Shown piece after piece: positions 9,944 through 19,966 of a stretch of 64,000 nucleotides of DNA. Below the pieces are notes generated by a model. That model had not been told where the DNA came from. It made no database searches and saw nothing but the letters and a program-made list of their open reading frames with translations. Each line of letters begins with the position of its first letter. Positions within the stretch are counted from its first letter, which is position 1. The stretch is from an uncultured delta proteobacterium (GTDB lineage Bacteria; Desulfobacterota; RBG-13-43-22), in the NCBI GenBank assembly GCA_963843145.1, contig CAWJJC010000012.1, forward strand, positions 192,622 to 256,621. The letters run 5' to 3'. The translations under genes were made by a program, and so were the position numbers.

Positions 9944-11095
9944 ATGACCTTGAAGAGACCGCTTCATGTTTGTTATTTTGGGACCTATCGGGCCGGGTAT
10001 TCTCGCAATCAAATTTTAATTGAGGGACTGCGCAGAAACGGGGTAAAGGTTACCGAATGCCAGCAATCGCTTTGGCGGGGCATTGAGGACCGGATAAAGG
10101 TCATCGGCGGGGGGTGGAGTAATCCTAAATTTTGGGGGAGGGTCATCCAGACCTATTTTCGATTACTGATCAAGTATTCAAGAATACCGGATTACGATCT
10201 TCTGATGGTCGGGTATCCGGGTCAATTTGATGTCTTTCTTGCCCGAATTCTTTCCCTCTTGAAGGGAAGGCCTTTAGGCTGGGACGTATTCATGTCCATT
10301 TACTTAATCGCCCTGGAGCGGGGCCTGGGCAGGAAACACCCCAGGATCCTCAAGATATTGCGGCGGATAGAAGGTTGGGCCTTGCGGTTGCCCCACCTTT
10401 TAGTCATAGACACCCGGGACTATGCCCTCTGGATGCAGGAGACCCATGGGATGAAGGCCGACCGTTTTAGTCTGGTTCCAACCGGGGCGGATGATCGAAT
10501 ATTCCATCGGCGGGCGATTCCCCCCAAAACGGACCGGTCTTTCCTGGTGCTGTATTACGGGACCTTCATCCCCAATCACGGGGTGGAATTCATCGTTGAG
10601 GCGGCTTATCTATTAAGGGAGCAGGAAGGCCTGCGATTCGAATTCATCGGGGATGGACCGGACCGGCCAAGGGTTCGGGAGCAGGCCCTAAAGTACCGAT
10701 TAAAGAACCTGTCCTTTGTCGATTGGTTGGATAAAGAAGCGTTGGTCCTCAGAATTCACCAGGCTGATATCTGCCTGGGAGCCTTTGGGACGACACCCCA
10801 GTCGATCATGACCGTACAGAATAAGATCTATGAAGGGCTGGCCATGGCCAAGCCGGTAATTACCGGGGATTCGCCGGCGGTCCGCCGGAACCTGACCCAT
10901 GGTGAGGACATCTGGGTCTGCCCGCGGGCGGACCCGCAGGCCCTGGCGGAAGCGATTCGGACACTCTGCACCAACCCGGCCCTGGCCGAGCAATTAGCGG
11001 AAAGGGGGCAGGAGACATTTATAAACACCTATGACTTGAAGCATATCGGTCAAACCCTCTCCCGGGCCATTGAAAGAGAGATCCGTTCCCAATGA
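9944..11095 (+). CDS. Glycosyltransferase family 4
   Basis: GT-B features (FIGDGP, ADICLG, KIYEGLAMAKPVIT); ATG at 9944 preferred. Confidence 0.85.
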   Translation: MTLKRPLHVCYFGTYRAGYSRNQILIEGLRRNGVKVTECQQSLWRGIEDRIKVIGGGWSNPKFWGRVIQTYFRLLIKYSRIPDYDLLMVGYPGQFDVFLARILSLLKGRPLGWDVFMSIYLIALERGLGRKHPRILKILRRIEGWALRLPHLLVIDTRDYALWMQETHGMKADRFSLVPTGADDRIFHRRAIPPKTDRSFLVLYYGTFIPNHGVEFIVEAAYLLREQEGLRFEFIGDGPDRPRVREQALKYRLKNLSFVDWLDKEALVLRIHQADICLGAFGTTPQSIMTVQNKIYEGLAMAKPVITGDSPAVRRNLTHGEDIWVCPRADPQALAEAIRTLCTNPALAEQLAERGQETFINTYDLKHIGQTLSRAIEREIRSQ

Positions 11096-12069
11096 AAGGT
11101 TGGTCTGAAGCTTTTATGGGCCAGAGAGCAATAGCCCTGAAGGGGCGCCCTTCCTCCGTAACTCCACTGGTCTCGGCCGTGATCGTAAATTGGAACCGGG
11201 GGGAGGATACGTTGGAGTGCCTTCATTCACTGGAACGGCAAACCTATCCGCGAATGGCTATTATTGTGGTCGATAACGGATCCGAGGATGGTTCGCCGGT
11301 GTCGATCCAACGAAATTTCCCTGAAGTGGAATTGATTGGCCTGAGCCGCAACACCGGATTTGCGGGCGGGTTTAACCGGGGTATTGAAAGAGCCCTTTCC
11401 CAAGGCGGGGATTATATTTTAATCTTGAATAACGACACGGTCTCCGATCGACTGATGGTTGAAAAATTAGTGGGCAGCATTCGGCCGGGGGTCGGCGTTG
11501 CCTTTCCAAAAATATATTATTATGATGATCCCGAACGCATCTGGTCGGTAGGCGCCCAGCGTCAGTTCCTGACCTTGGAGATGACCGATCAAGCGACCGG
11601 GCAAATGGATCGGGGACAATGGGATGAAATTCAGGAAAGGGATTATGTAACCGGTTGCGCTCTCCTGATTCCGCGGGAGGTATTTGAGAAAGTCGGATTA
11701 TTTGATGAACGGTATTTTGCCTATTATGAGGATTTGGATTTTTCTTTCCGAGTAACTGAGGCCGGATTTGGGATGTTATTGGTTCCGGAAGCCCGTCTCT
11801 GGCATAAGGTGGCCCAAACCAGTGGAGGCTTGGATTCACCGCTGGAACGTTACCTCATGGCCAAGGGAAGCGTGCTGTTCTTTGGCCGGCACGGCGGGGG
11901 CTGGCGTCGCCTTTTTATTGTCCCCTACCGACTGGGAAGCGCCGCCAAGACCACGTTTAAGTTGCTGGCCCGTCGAAAATTCAAGTCGGTTCAGGCCTAT
12001 TGGAAGGGGTTGTTCGAGGGCCTAAAATTGGTTTTCCAGGGCAACCAGAATGAATTCGAAAGCGGATGA
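11092..12069 (+). CDS. Glycosyltransferase family 2
   Basis: VIVNWN, VVDNGSEDG, NTGFAGGFN, LNND, YYEDLD. Confidence 0.9.
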   Translation: MKGWSEAFMGQRAIALKGRPSSVTPLVSAVIVNWNRGEDTLECLHSLERQTYPRMAIIVVDNGSEDGSPVSIQRNFPEVELIGLSRNTGFAGGFNRGIERALSQGGDYILILNNDTVSDRLMVEKLVGSIRPGVGVAFPKIYYYDDPERIWSVGAQRQFLTLEMTDQATGQMDRGQWDEIQERDYVTGCALLIPREVFEKVGLFDERYFAYYEDLDFSFRVTEAGFGMLLVPEARLWHKVAQTSGGLDSPLERYLMAKGSVLFFGRHGGGWRRLFIVPYRLGSAAKTTFKLLARRKFKSVQAYWKGLFEGLKLVFQGNQNEFESG

Positions 12070-13250
12070 AAAGGCCGATTAAGCTATTGTTGATAGTTTT
12101 TAACCAGGCGGGGAAGGGAACCTATTGGCGGGCCTTCCATTGGGGCAGAATGCTTGCCCGTTGGGGGCATGAGGTCACCTTAATGGCCACCGCTCCGCAG
12201 GCCAGGTTTTTCTTTCGCCTAAGCCAACCGGCGGGTCTCCGTTTGGTGGAAACCCCCGATCTTTTTTCAGGGGCTTTGCGTTCCGGATGGGATCCCTGGA
12301 ATACGTTGAAGCGGATCGCCTGGCTCGGACGAGAGGACTTTGATCTGGTCCATGCCTTCGAGGGAAGGCCGGTGGTCCTGTTCCCGGCCTTGTTTGAAAA
12401 GAAAAGAGGGGCCAAGTTGATCATGGACTGGTGCGACTGGTTTGGACGCGGCGGGTCGGTCGAGGAGAGACCCCAGCCCCTGGTCAGGTGGCTGCTACGG
12501 CCGATAGAGACCCATTTTGAAGAGGCTTACCGGCGTCGGGCGGATGGAACAACGGTGATCAATGCCTTACTGAGGGAAAAGGCCATTGGGTTGGGCGTGG
12601 ACCCGGCCACCATTTTGTTGATTCAAAACGGCTCGGATCCGGGCAGACCACAGCAGCTTCGGGAAGAAGCGAGAAAAAAAATCGGCTGGGGAAAAGAAGG
12701 ACAATTGATCGGTTTTGTGGGCGGGACTTTCTCCGAAGATGCCCGATTCATGGCGGAGGCCTTCAATCGGGTCATTGCTCAAAACAACAAGGTGAAGTTG
12801 TTATTGATCGGGTATTTTAATCGGGAAATTGAAAAGGGATTGACCGATCCCTCCAAAGTGGTCAGGACGGGTCGCTTACCCTATGATCGAGTCTTTGATT
12901 ATTTGTCCGCCTGCGATATCTGCTGGTTGCCGTTGTGCGATAACAGCGCCAATCGTGGGCGCTGGCCGCTGAAGTTCAATGACTATCTGACCGTTGGGCG
13001 ACCGGTGGTGGCTACCGATGTGGGGAATCTGAGGGAAGTCATTGAACGTCATCAGGTGGGATTGGTCACCGGGAATCGTTCCGCTGATTTCGCCCAAAGG
13101 ACGTTGGAATTATTGGAACAGCCCACGCTGCAGGAAGAATTGGGCAAAAAAGCGAGGGTGGCCGCAGAGACGGCATTCAGTTGGGAAAAGATGACTCGGG
13201 ATCTGGAATCGTTTTATTTAAGGATTTTAGATAAGGCCGGACCGAACTAA
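12066..13250 (+). CDS. Glycosyltransferase family 4
   Basis: GT-B C-terminal PLKFNDYLTVGRPVVATDVG. Confidence 0.85.
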   Translation: MKRPIKLLLIVFNQAGKGTYWRAFHWGRMLARWGHEVTLMATAPQARFFFRLSQPAGLRLVETPDLFSGALRSGWDPWNTLKRIAWLGREDFDLVHAFEGRPVVLFPALFEKKRGAKLIMDWCDWFGRGGSVEERPQPLVRWLLRPIETHFEEAYRRRADGTTVINALLREKAIGLGVDPATILLIQNGSDPGRPQQLREEARKKIGWGKEGQLIGFVGGTFSEDARFMAEAFNRVIAQNNKVKLLLIGYFNREIEKGLTDPSKVVRTGRLPYDRVFDYLSACDICWLPLCDNSANRGRWPLKFNDYLTVGRPVVATDVGNLREVIERHQVGLVTGNRSADFAQRTLELLEQPTLQEELGKKARVAAETAFSWEKMTRDLESFYLRILDKAGPN

Positions 13251-14201
13251 ATGGAATCCACTGCTTGTCCTATTTGTGCCGCTGACGATTTCGAAGCGGT
13301 CTTTGAAGGCCCCGATTGGATTTCCCATTTGCCCGGATTATTTCGAATGGTTCATTGTCTCCGTTGCGGGCTGTATTACCTCAATCCCCGTCCGGACCAA
13401 AATGAAATTCACCGTTTTTATCCCAATGATTATCTGGCCTTCCAGCAATCTATCGAGGAAGAAAACGGTTTCCTGAAAAGAGTGGACCGGCGCTACGGAA
13501 TCTATAAACGGGTCCGATCGGTCATTAAAGTCCTGCCAGGACCCGGGAGAATTCTGGACATCGGCTGCGCCACGGGTTTGTTTCTTTCGGGGATGAGGGA
13601 GCGGGGCTGGGAAGCCCTGGGGATTGAACTGAATGAACAGGCGGCGGCCTATGCCCGAGATCGGATGGGACTCAATATTATTACCGGGGATCTTCTGGCG
13701 GCGGATCTTCCCAGTCATTATTTTGACGTGATAACCCTCTGGGACGTCCTGGAACACCTGCCCGATCCTTTGCCGGTCCTCAAAAAATTGTCGGAAATTA
13801 TCCGCCCGGGCGGCCTGCTGCTCCTCAACCTGCCGAACCCTGAAAGCTGGGAGGCCAGGCGGTTTGGCCCCCTCTGGATCGGCTGGGACCTGCCCCGGCA
13901 CCTTAACCTTTTCCCCCTGCCGCTATTGACCTCTTTGCTGGAAAAGGTCGGATTTGCACGCCCCAAGGTCAAATCACTGACGGGAAATCATTTCGTACTT
14001 AAGTTCAGCCTCGGTCTGGTCCTGAATGAGAAGATCCCTCACCGGGCGGCGGCCTTGAAGATGCTCAGGCTGTTGATAAACTCCCCTCTGTCGCGACTGG
14101 TCGCCTTTCCGCTGTATGCCCTGTCGGATCCCCTCAAGCTGGGGAGTTGTCTGGCCCTGTTTTCCCGGTTTGAAGCCGGATCTAATGCTGGGGGTAAATA
14201 A
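13251..14201 (+). CDS. Class I SAM-dependent methyltransferase with N-terminal Zn-ribbon
   Basis: CPIC and CLRC pairs, ILDIGCATG, WDVLEHLPDP. Confidence 0.88.
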   Translation: MESTACPICAADDFEAVFEGPDWISHLPGLFRMVHCLRCGLYYLNPRPDQNEIHRFYPNDYLAFQQSIEEENGFLKRVDRRYGIYKRVRSVIKVLPGPGRILDIGCATGLFLSGMRERGWEALGIELNEQAAAYARDRMGLNIITGDLLAADLPSHYFDVITLWDVLEHLPDPLPVLKKLSEIIRPGGLLLLNLPNPESWEARRFGPLWIGWDLPRHLNLFPLPLLTSLLEKVGFARPKVKSLTGNHFVLKFSLGLVLNEKIPHRAAALKMLRLLINSPLSRLVAFPLYALSDPLKLGSCLALFSRFEAGSNAGGK

Positions 14202-14927
14202 ATGCTGGAAATTCGCCTGACGGAACATGGGAATACCAAAGAGGAATATGAAAAAATCTATGCGGACGAAGGAATCTGCCATCTGGATTCTTTTTATAAA
14301 TGGCTGCTGGGGCATTTGGCGCCCCAACCGGGGAAGATGTTCTTAGACGTAGCCTGCGGAGAGGGCCGCTTATCCGGATGGGCCCAGGCCCGGGGATTAA
14401 AGAGCCACGGTGTCGATTTCTCGGAGGGGGCCGCTCGCCTCGCTTCCTCCGGGTGCAGGGGGTCTTTCACCGTGGGGGACGGGGAAGCCCTTCCCTACAA
14501 GAGCGGCACTTTCGATTATATCACCAGCATCGGCAGCCTGGAGCATTACCTGGACCCTTTAAAAGGTATTGAAGAGATTGTCCGGCTTTTGGCCCCGAAG
14601 GGACAGGCGTTGATTTTATTGCCGAACACCTTCGGTGTCATGCACAATGTCTGGACTGCCTTACGTACCGGCAGACCCGCTATGGATAAACAGCCCATCC
14701 AACGGTACGCCACGGTTAGGGAATGGGAAGAACTGCTGATCCAGGGTGGTCTGCGCGTCACGAGGACTTTCAAATATGAACGGGAATTTCCGACTTCCTG
14801 GAAAGACGCCTGGTGGTATCTGGGGCATCGAAAAAATCTGGTTCGGTTGCTTTTGACCCCCGTGATTCCTCTTAATTGGGCGTGTTGTTTTGTATATAAA
14901 TGTCTGAAGGACGACAAGAATCCATGA
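14202..14927 (+). CDS. Class I SAM-dependent methyltransferase
   Basis: FLDVACGEG, GDGEALPY, GSLEHY. Confidence 0.88.
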   Translation: MLEIRLTEHGNTKEEYEKIYADEGICHLDSFYKWLLGHLAPQPGKMFLDVACGEGRLSGWAQARGLKSHGVDFSEGAARLASSGCRGSFTVGDGEALPYKSGTFDYITSIGSLEHYLDPLKGIEEIVRLLAPKGQALILLPNTFGVMHNVWTALRTGRPAMDKQPIQRYATVREWEELLIQGGLRVTRTFKYEREFPTSWKDAWWYLGHRKNLVRLLLTPVIPLNWACCFVYKCLKDDKNP

Positions 14928-14941
14928 GGAGTTAGCTGAAA

Positions 14942-14978
14942 CAAAAAAAGGCGTCCTGGTAAGGGACGCCCTTTTTTG
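14942..14978. terminator. Bidirectional rho-independent terminator
   Basis: A-tract, GGCGTCC/GGACGCC stem, T-tract, between convergent genes. Confidence 0.85.
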
Positions 14979-15005
14979 TGTTTCGGGAAAGAGCCCGGCT
15001 ATTAA

Positions 15006-16340
15006 TTAATTGGCAGCCAAAGCTTGATAGGTCATAAATTCATCCCCGGGGCCAAAGGCCAGTTCGTTAACGATGGAGGCCAGCTTGCAGGTTGCTCCGG
15101 TTCCGGTGATGGTGGCCGATCCCACATAGGTAGAAGGCCAGCTCGCCCCGGTCTGGAGGAAGGTATTGGAGGAGCTCGGGGTCAGGCCGGGAAAGCTTTC
15201 GTTGGTAGGAGTGAAACTCCCCGCCAGATTAGGGCCATAGGTAACGGCGATGTCACAATTCCCGGTCCCCACGTTTTGAACCTGGATGCCGGTAAAGAAC
15301 CCGCTGTTATGGGCCATCACCAGAGGGGCGACTACACTGGTCCCAGCGGCTGTAGGGTCAAACCCTTCATAGGCCGTACCCTGCCCCACCAAACTGAGCT
15401 GGTTGACAATAGCCACTAAGTTTTGGGAAGCGGAATTGGTGATGGTCGCCCCGCCCACGTAAGTGGAAGCCCACTGTCCATTGAGTTGGAGCTTGGTGCA
15501 GGATTGTCCGACGGCTAAAGCAAGGCAGGTGTCGGCGGTGGGGGCTAAAGACCCCGCGGTGTTGGCCCCATAAGTAATGGTCACGTCCGTGGGGGCGGAA
15601 CCGACATTCATAACCTGGATACCGCTGAAGAAGCCGGAGTTCTTAGCCATCACCAGGGGAGCCGTAATGGTTTGGGAGCCGGCGCCGAAACTGTTATACC
15701 CCAGCAGGGCCTTGGTACTCCCGGTGCCGACCTGCATCACCGTAGCTACTATGGGTTGACTGCCCGTGCTGGTCACAACAGCCGATCCGACAAAAGGGGA
15801 CGGCAACGCGGCGTTGGTGGCCTGATCGAAGGTCTTGGACGCTCCGGGAAGGATGGTGAACGGACCTTCGGTTGTTCCGTTACTATAAGTCGCGGTAACA
15901 TCCGTGCTGGCCGTCCCCGTGTTTTGAACGTTATACCAGGTGTCGAATCCCGAGTTTCCTTTCATCAGCAAGGGCAGGTTGATACTGCTGGCCCCTGAAG
16001 AAAAGCCGGTGGTGGAAGCAAAATAGATCCCGTCGCCTACGGTATTGACGATGGCCACGACCTGCTGGTCGGACTCGATGATCACGGAACCATTAAAACC
16101 GGAAGGAGCATCGATGGGATAGTAGGTTTTTGAACTATTGGCCGGAATGGTGTCCGTTGGACTGTTCACCACAGTTCCAGCCTGGTCGATGTACTTAATT
16201 TGGATGTTAGCGGTCGTGGCGCTCAAATTCTGAACCTGAAAGCCTGAAGAATAAGTAAGTGCGTTAACCGGATTGCCCATCGACAACAATACGAATACTC
16301 CCAAGAAAACGATGGCTGAAATTTGGCTGACTCTTTTCAT
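15006..16340 (-). CDS. Secreted Ser/Thr/Gly-rich protein with four internal repeats (putative cell-surface protein)
   Basis: Signal peptide ending VNA; four units starting SGFQVQNL, TWYNVQNTG, SGIQVMNVG and TGIQVQNVG; RBS AGGAG. Confidence 0.8.
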   Translation of the reverse strand: MKRVSQISAIVFLGVFVLLSMGNPVNALTYSSGFQVQNLSATTANIQIKYIDQAGTVVNSPTDTIPANSSKTYYPIDAPSGFNGSVIIESDQQVVAIVNTVGDGIYFASTTGFSSGASSINLPLLMKGNSGFDTWYNVQNTGTASTDVTATYSNGTTEGPFTILPGASKTFDQATNAALPSPFVGSAVVTSTGSQPIVATVMQVGTGSTKALLGYNSFGAGSQTITAPLVMAKNSGFFSGIQVMNVGSAPTDVTITYGANTAGSLAPTADTCLALAVGQSCTKLQLNGQWASTYVGGATITNSASQNLVAIVNQLSLVGQGTAYEGFDPTAAGTSVVAPLVMAHNSGFFTGIQVQNVGTGNCDIAVTYGPNLAGSFTPTNESFPGLTPSSSNTFLQTGASWPSTYVGSATITGTGATCKLASIVNELAFGPGDEFMTYQALAAN

Positions 16341-16831
16341 ACACGGCTCCTTCCCTTTTTGAAAATTAGTTAGAGAATTTAGTCATTAATTTTGGGGCTC
16401 TTTAAAGAATTTGTCAATATAAAAAGTAGGTCTATTTGTAAGACAGATGATGATTTCATTCTAACATAGATATTATCGGCAAGATAATGAAAAAGTTAAG
16501 TCTTTTTTTCTCCTTTCTGTGTCAAAAAGAATAAAGCGGTTTTTATAAAAAAAAAATGGGGTAAACCATGTATTTTGGCTCGCCAAACAACCTAATTTAT
16601 CGGACGAAAAAAGGACATCGGGCTCCACCGTTGTTCGTCTCCCGTTTCCTGGTTTCGCAAAAAGCCTGTAGAGATTACGACTGGCCAGGGCGAATAGAAA
16701 CAAGATATGGGGGTATAAGTACTCCTTAGGCCCTCCACTTGGTGCCGGCCATCGGGGAGGGAGGCCGGCATCCTTGGCCGCTCGGAAACGTAAAACCTCT
16801 CTGAAAGCTGCGAAGCCCTCCCCTGCAAAAG

Positions 16832-17098
16832 TCAGAGTTCCAAAACGAGGTCCGATTTAGGGAGGGCCACGCAAGGGAGGATCAGGTTATGGCCGGGTGG
16901 TTCCTCGTCCAGACCGTCATCCACCTCCATGAATACTTCACCGGAAAGCAGCTTCACTTTGCAGGACCCGCAAACCCCCACATGGCATTCGTTTTCAAGG
17001 TGTATTCCGTGTTCTTCCGCGAAATCCATAATATTTTCAAAACGTTCATCCCATTTCAGGACTTTCCCGCTCTTTTTGAATTCAATGGTATAGGCCAC
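16832..17098 (-). CDS. 2Fe-2S ferredoxin-like protein
   Basis: C-HVGV-C-GS-C ... ILPC plant-type motif. Confidence 0.9.
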   Translation of the reverse strand: MAYTIEFKKSGKVLKWDERFENIMDFAEEHGIHLENECHVGVCGSCKVKLLSGEVFMEVDDGLDEEPPGHNLILPCVALPKSDLVLEL

Positions 17099-17197
17099 GG
17101 GGTCAGGTTCCTTTCTTTGGTGAGCAACCGCTAGCCAAAAATATTTTTGGCTGTAATAAAAACCGCTTAACAGACTTAAAAATAACGTCTTTTAATT

Positions 17198-17255
17198 TAG
17201 ATTCTTACCTCCATTGTTAGAGACAGATTCTCAGAACAATGGAGGTAAGAATCTA
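17198..17255. repeat. 58-bp palindromic element, copy 2 (inverted relative to copy 1)
   Basis: TAGATTCTTACCTCCATTGTT...AACAATGGAGGTAAGAATCTA; supplies the TAG stop of the 17253-17441 gene. Confidence 0.9.
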
Positions 17256-17441
17256 AGTTCCGGCCGGCCGAGTAAAAAAATTAACCAGAAAATTGCATTC
17301 CTTAGGCGAAAGGTCAAAGTGTTTTCCTGCCTCATCGATCAATTCGATCAGGGGAGGCGGTGAAATCAGCTCCCGTTGTTCACTGATCCAACGAATGGCC
17401 CGTCTGAGAAGCTCGCCTTCGGGTAAATCCGGGTGTGTCAT
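17253..17441 (-). CDS. Small hypothetical protein
   Basis: 62 aa helical ORF (PEGELLRRAIRWISE...FDLSPKE) with GGAGG upstream. Confidence 0.65.
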   Translation of the reverse strand: MTHPDLPEGELLRRAIRWISEQRELISPPPLIELIDEAGKHFDLSPKECNFLVNFFTRPAGT

Positions 17442-17632
17442 AGGGGGGGTAACCTCCGGGTATATTGACCTAATCGGCCATAAAAACGAATAGATAACAC
17501 TGAATTCAGAATGTTGAAGGGGTTGGGGCGACCTTAGCCGACCCGCCCAGGGAGGCTGGAACCTCTCGGGCCCTATCTTTTCAGGCTGCGCGGGAGCCCG
17601 CCCGCTGGTTAAAGCGTCACTTTCTTTCTCCT

Positions 17633-17661
17633 ATTATAATGGAAATCAGGGGGCGGGTCAA
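17633..17661 (-). promoter_or_regulatory. Near-consensus sigma70 promoter
   Basis: Minus strand TTGACC-N17-TATAAT. Confidence 0.75.
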
Positions 17662-17855
17662 TAAAACAACTTCTTTTGAGGTTGACAGACTGAAAGTTGA
17701 TTATTAATTTTATAATATTTAACAAGGCTTAGGTAGTTAACCCGGCCTATGATCGACGGCGGATCGTTTGTAGCTATATCCGGCCCGAAATGGATGGCGG
17801 CTGACAATAGGCCGGTCAATCCTGCCTGGCCCCAATCTAAAAGGAGGTAAAAAGC

Positions 17856-18434
17856 ATGTCTTATGCAGCCAAGGATTACTCCAAGTTGATCGGGATGGAA
17901 GGATTCAGTGAAACCCTCTTGAAGAACCATTTTACCCTCTACCAGGGCTATGTGACCAACACCAACAAGGTCCTGGATACCCTTAGCCAGATGCTCAAAG
18001 ACGGCAAAGCCGGCAGCTACGAATTCGCCGAATTAAAAAGGAGGCTGGGCTGGGAATTCAACGGGATGCGACTCCATGAATATTATTTTGAAAACCTGGG
18101 TGGGAAAGGCGGCCTAAACCAGGGAGGAAAGCTGGCGAAGAAGTTAGTCGAGGACTTCGGCGGCTACGAGGCTTGGGAAAAGGATTTTAAAGCCACCGGT
18201 GCGATGCGGGGTATCGGCTGGGTGGTCCTTTACCAGGACCCGGCCAATGGGAAGCTGGTTAATTTCTGGATCAACGAGCACGATGTCTCCCACCCGGTCG
18301 GCGGCAATCCCCTTTTAATCCTGGATGTCTTTGAGCATGCCTTCATGATCGATTATGGGCTGAAACGTGCGGATTATCTCGAGGCCTTCATCAAAAATAT
18401 TCACTGGGACGCCGTGGAAGCTCGCTTGAAGTAA
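17856..18434 (+). CDS. Fe/Mn superoxide dismutase (ChrC-like short type)
   Basis: NHFTLYQGYV, LHEYYF and DVFEHAF metal ligands; RBS AGGAGG. Confidence 0.93.
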   Translation: MSYAAKDYSKLIGMEGFSETLLKNHFTLYQGYVTNTNKVLDTLSQMLKDGKAGSYEFAELKRRLGWEFNGMRLHEYYFENLGGKGGLNQGGKLAKKLVEDFGGYEAWEKDFKATGAMRGIGWVVLYQDPANGKLVNFWINEHDVSHPVGGNPLLILDVFEHAFMIDYGLKRADYLEAFIKNIHWDAVEARLK

Positions 18435-18470
18435 CCACCGAATGGTGACTTTTCCCCAATTTCGTATCTA

Positions 18471-18518
18471 AAGGGCGTTGCCTTATCACCGGATGGTGAT
18501 ACGGGGCGCCTTTTTTTT
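18471..18518 (+). terminator. Rho-independent terminator after sod
   Basis: GGGCG..TATCACC/GGTGATA..CGCC stem followed by T8. Confidence 0.75.
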
Positions 18519-18530
18519 CGGTCAAAAGGC

Positions 18531-19667
18531 TCAGGTCCTCATCACCGTATCCGGATCGATGGTGGCCGCCCGCCAGGAAGGGATGATAGTGGCCGCCAGG
18601 TAGGGAATAACCGTGAGGAAAAAAAGGGTCACCACCTGGTAGGGATCGACAAAAGGAGTCAGCCGGAATTCCGGGTAGAGGATGGCCCAACCCTTCAACG
18701 CGTGTTCGAAAAGAACGGCCGAGGTGAAGAATACATGGGCATAGGCCAGGATGAAACCCAATAAAAATGAAGAAAAGGCCAGGACCGTTCCTTCCCAAAA
18801 CTTCAGCAGCAGCACGTCCGAGGTCTCCCAGCCGAGGGCTTTCAAAATGCCGATTTCCCGCCTCTCCCCGGCGCTCAAGCCCGAGGCTTTTTCCCAGGCT
18901 AAGATGATAAAGGCCAGGGCCGAGGCCGTAAAAATAACCACGATCATCCCGCTCCGCCAGTCGAACAGCGAGTCGTAGGTCCGCAGGATTTCGTCCCGGA
19001 GGATCGACCGGGTGTCCGGCAACAGTTCGCTAATTTTAAAAGCAATGGTGTTCAATTCCCGCGAATTGCTGACCCGAAGGGCAAAGTCGGTGACATAAGG
19101 AGAGGCCAGGCCGGAAAAACTCCGGAAATCCCGTTCGGAGAGTAAGATCAAGTCTGAGCTGATCAGTTCCGATTCGGCGGCCAGGAGGCCTTTAACCTGG
19201 AAGATGGCCGGTTCTCCCCGGTAGTTGCGAAAGGAAAGGAGATCGCCCGGAAAGACCTGCCGGCTTCGTGAAATCCCCGGTCCAATGAGGATTTCCCCTG
19301 CGGCCAAAGGCTTCCGGTTCGAGACCATTAAGGTGTAATTAGCCTTCACCGCGGGATCGTAATAGTAACCCCAAAGCCTCGGGGTCAAAGAGGTGACCCC
19401 GCGGATTTGCCGGATTCTATCTGCATAGGCCAGAGGCATCAGGTCATGCCGGCCGGCAATCATCCGCTGGACCAATATCTCCGGTGTGCCTTTCAGGATG
19501 AGGGCGGCTTCCTTTTTCAGGGCTTGGGTAAATAGGATCACCGAACCCAGGAAGAAGACCACTGTCGTAAAGGTCAGTACCAGGGCGATGTTTTTTCCCC
19601 GGCGACGTCTCAATGAGGAAAGGGTGAAGTCGATCAGGTTTCGTTGTTTTTCAATCCAGATTCGCAT
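18531..19667 (-). CDS. ABC transporter permease, FtsX/MacB-like
   Basis: ERREIGILKALGW motif; N-terminal TM, periplasmic domain, C-terminal TMs. Confidence 0.88.
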   Translation of the reverse strand: MRIWIEKQRNLIDFTLSSLRRRRGKNIALVLTFTTVVFFLGSVILFTQALKKEAALILKGTPEILVQRMIAGRHDLMPLAYADRIRQIRGVTSLTPRLWGYYYDPAVKANYTLMVSNRKPLAAGEILIGPGISRSRQVFPGDLLSFRNYRGEPAIFQVKGLLAAESELISSDLILLSERDFRSFSGLASPYVTDFALRVSNSRELNTIAFKISELLPDTRSILRDEILRTYDSLFDWRSGMIVVIFTASALAFIILAWEKASGLSAGERREIGILKALGWETSDVLLLKFWEGTVLAFSSFLLGFILAYAHVFFTSAVLFEHALKGWAILYPEFRLTPFVDPYQVVTLFFLTVIPYLAATIIPSWRAATIDPDTVMRT

Positions 19668-19959
19668 GAGGTGGCCTTAACCTCTGGGGCGGCAGGACGA
19701 AAGAGCCGCTGGGAAAGTGCTCAAACGACAAGGGATGATCCTGGAAAGGAGAATGCAGGTCCGCTTGCGAGAGGTGACGGGTATAGCGGGCCTCGGTAAA
19801 AAGGCAGAGATCGGTCAGGGTCAGGTCTTCCACCATTCGGCCCATTCGCGTCAGCCTCTCCTGATCCGACACCGGCTGGGTCAGGAGGTGCAGGCCGATC
19901 AGGATCAGGGCCAGCGCACAGGCTGCCAAAAAACAAAAGAAAGAGGAGGAAGGACGCAT
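19651..19959 (-). CDS. Hypothetical membrane-anchored protein
   Basis: N-terminal hydrophobic segment; LTDLCLFTEARYTRHLSQAD..FQDHP; lies between nosL and the permease in one run of genes. Confidence 0.75.
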   Translation of the reverse strand: MRPSSSFFCFLAACALALILIGLHLLTQPVSDQERLTRMGRMVEDLTLTDLCLFTEARYTRHLSQADLHSPFQDHPLSFEHFPSGSFVLPPQRLRPPHANLD

Positions 19960-19966
19960 GGGGCGC

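Noticed and set aside
17545-17575. preQ1-I riboswitch-like AGAGGTTCCAGC on the minus strand; SRP or 6S identity for the same region
   Set aside because: No A-rich 3' tail or queuosine genes, and no SRP or 6S conserved core found.
17690-17722. Fur/PerR box upstream of sod
   Set aside because: AT-rich with only a partial match; cannot be distinguished from promoter background.
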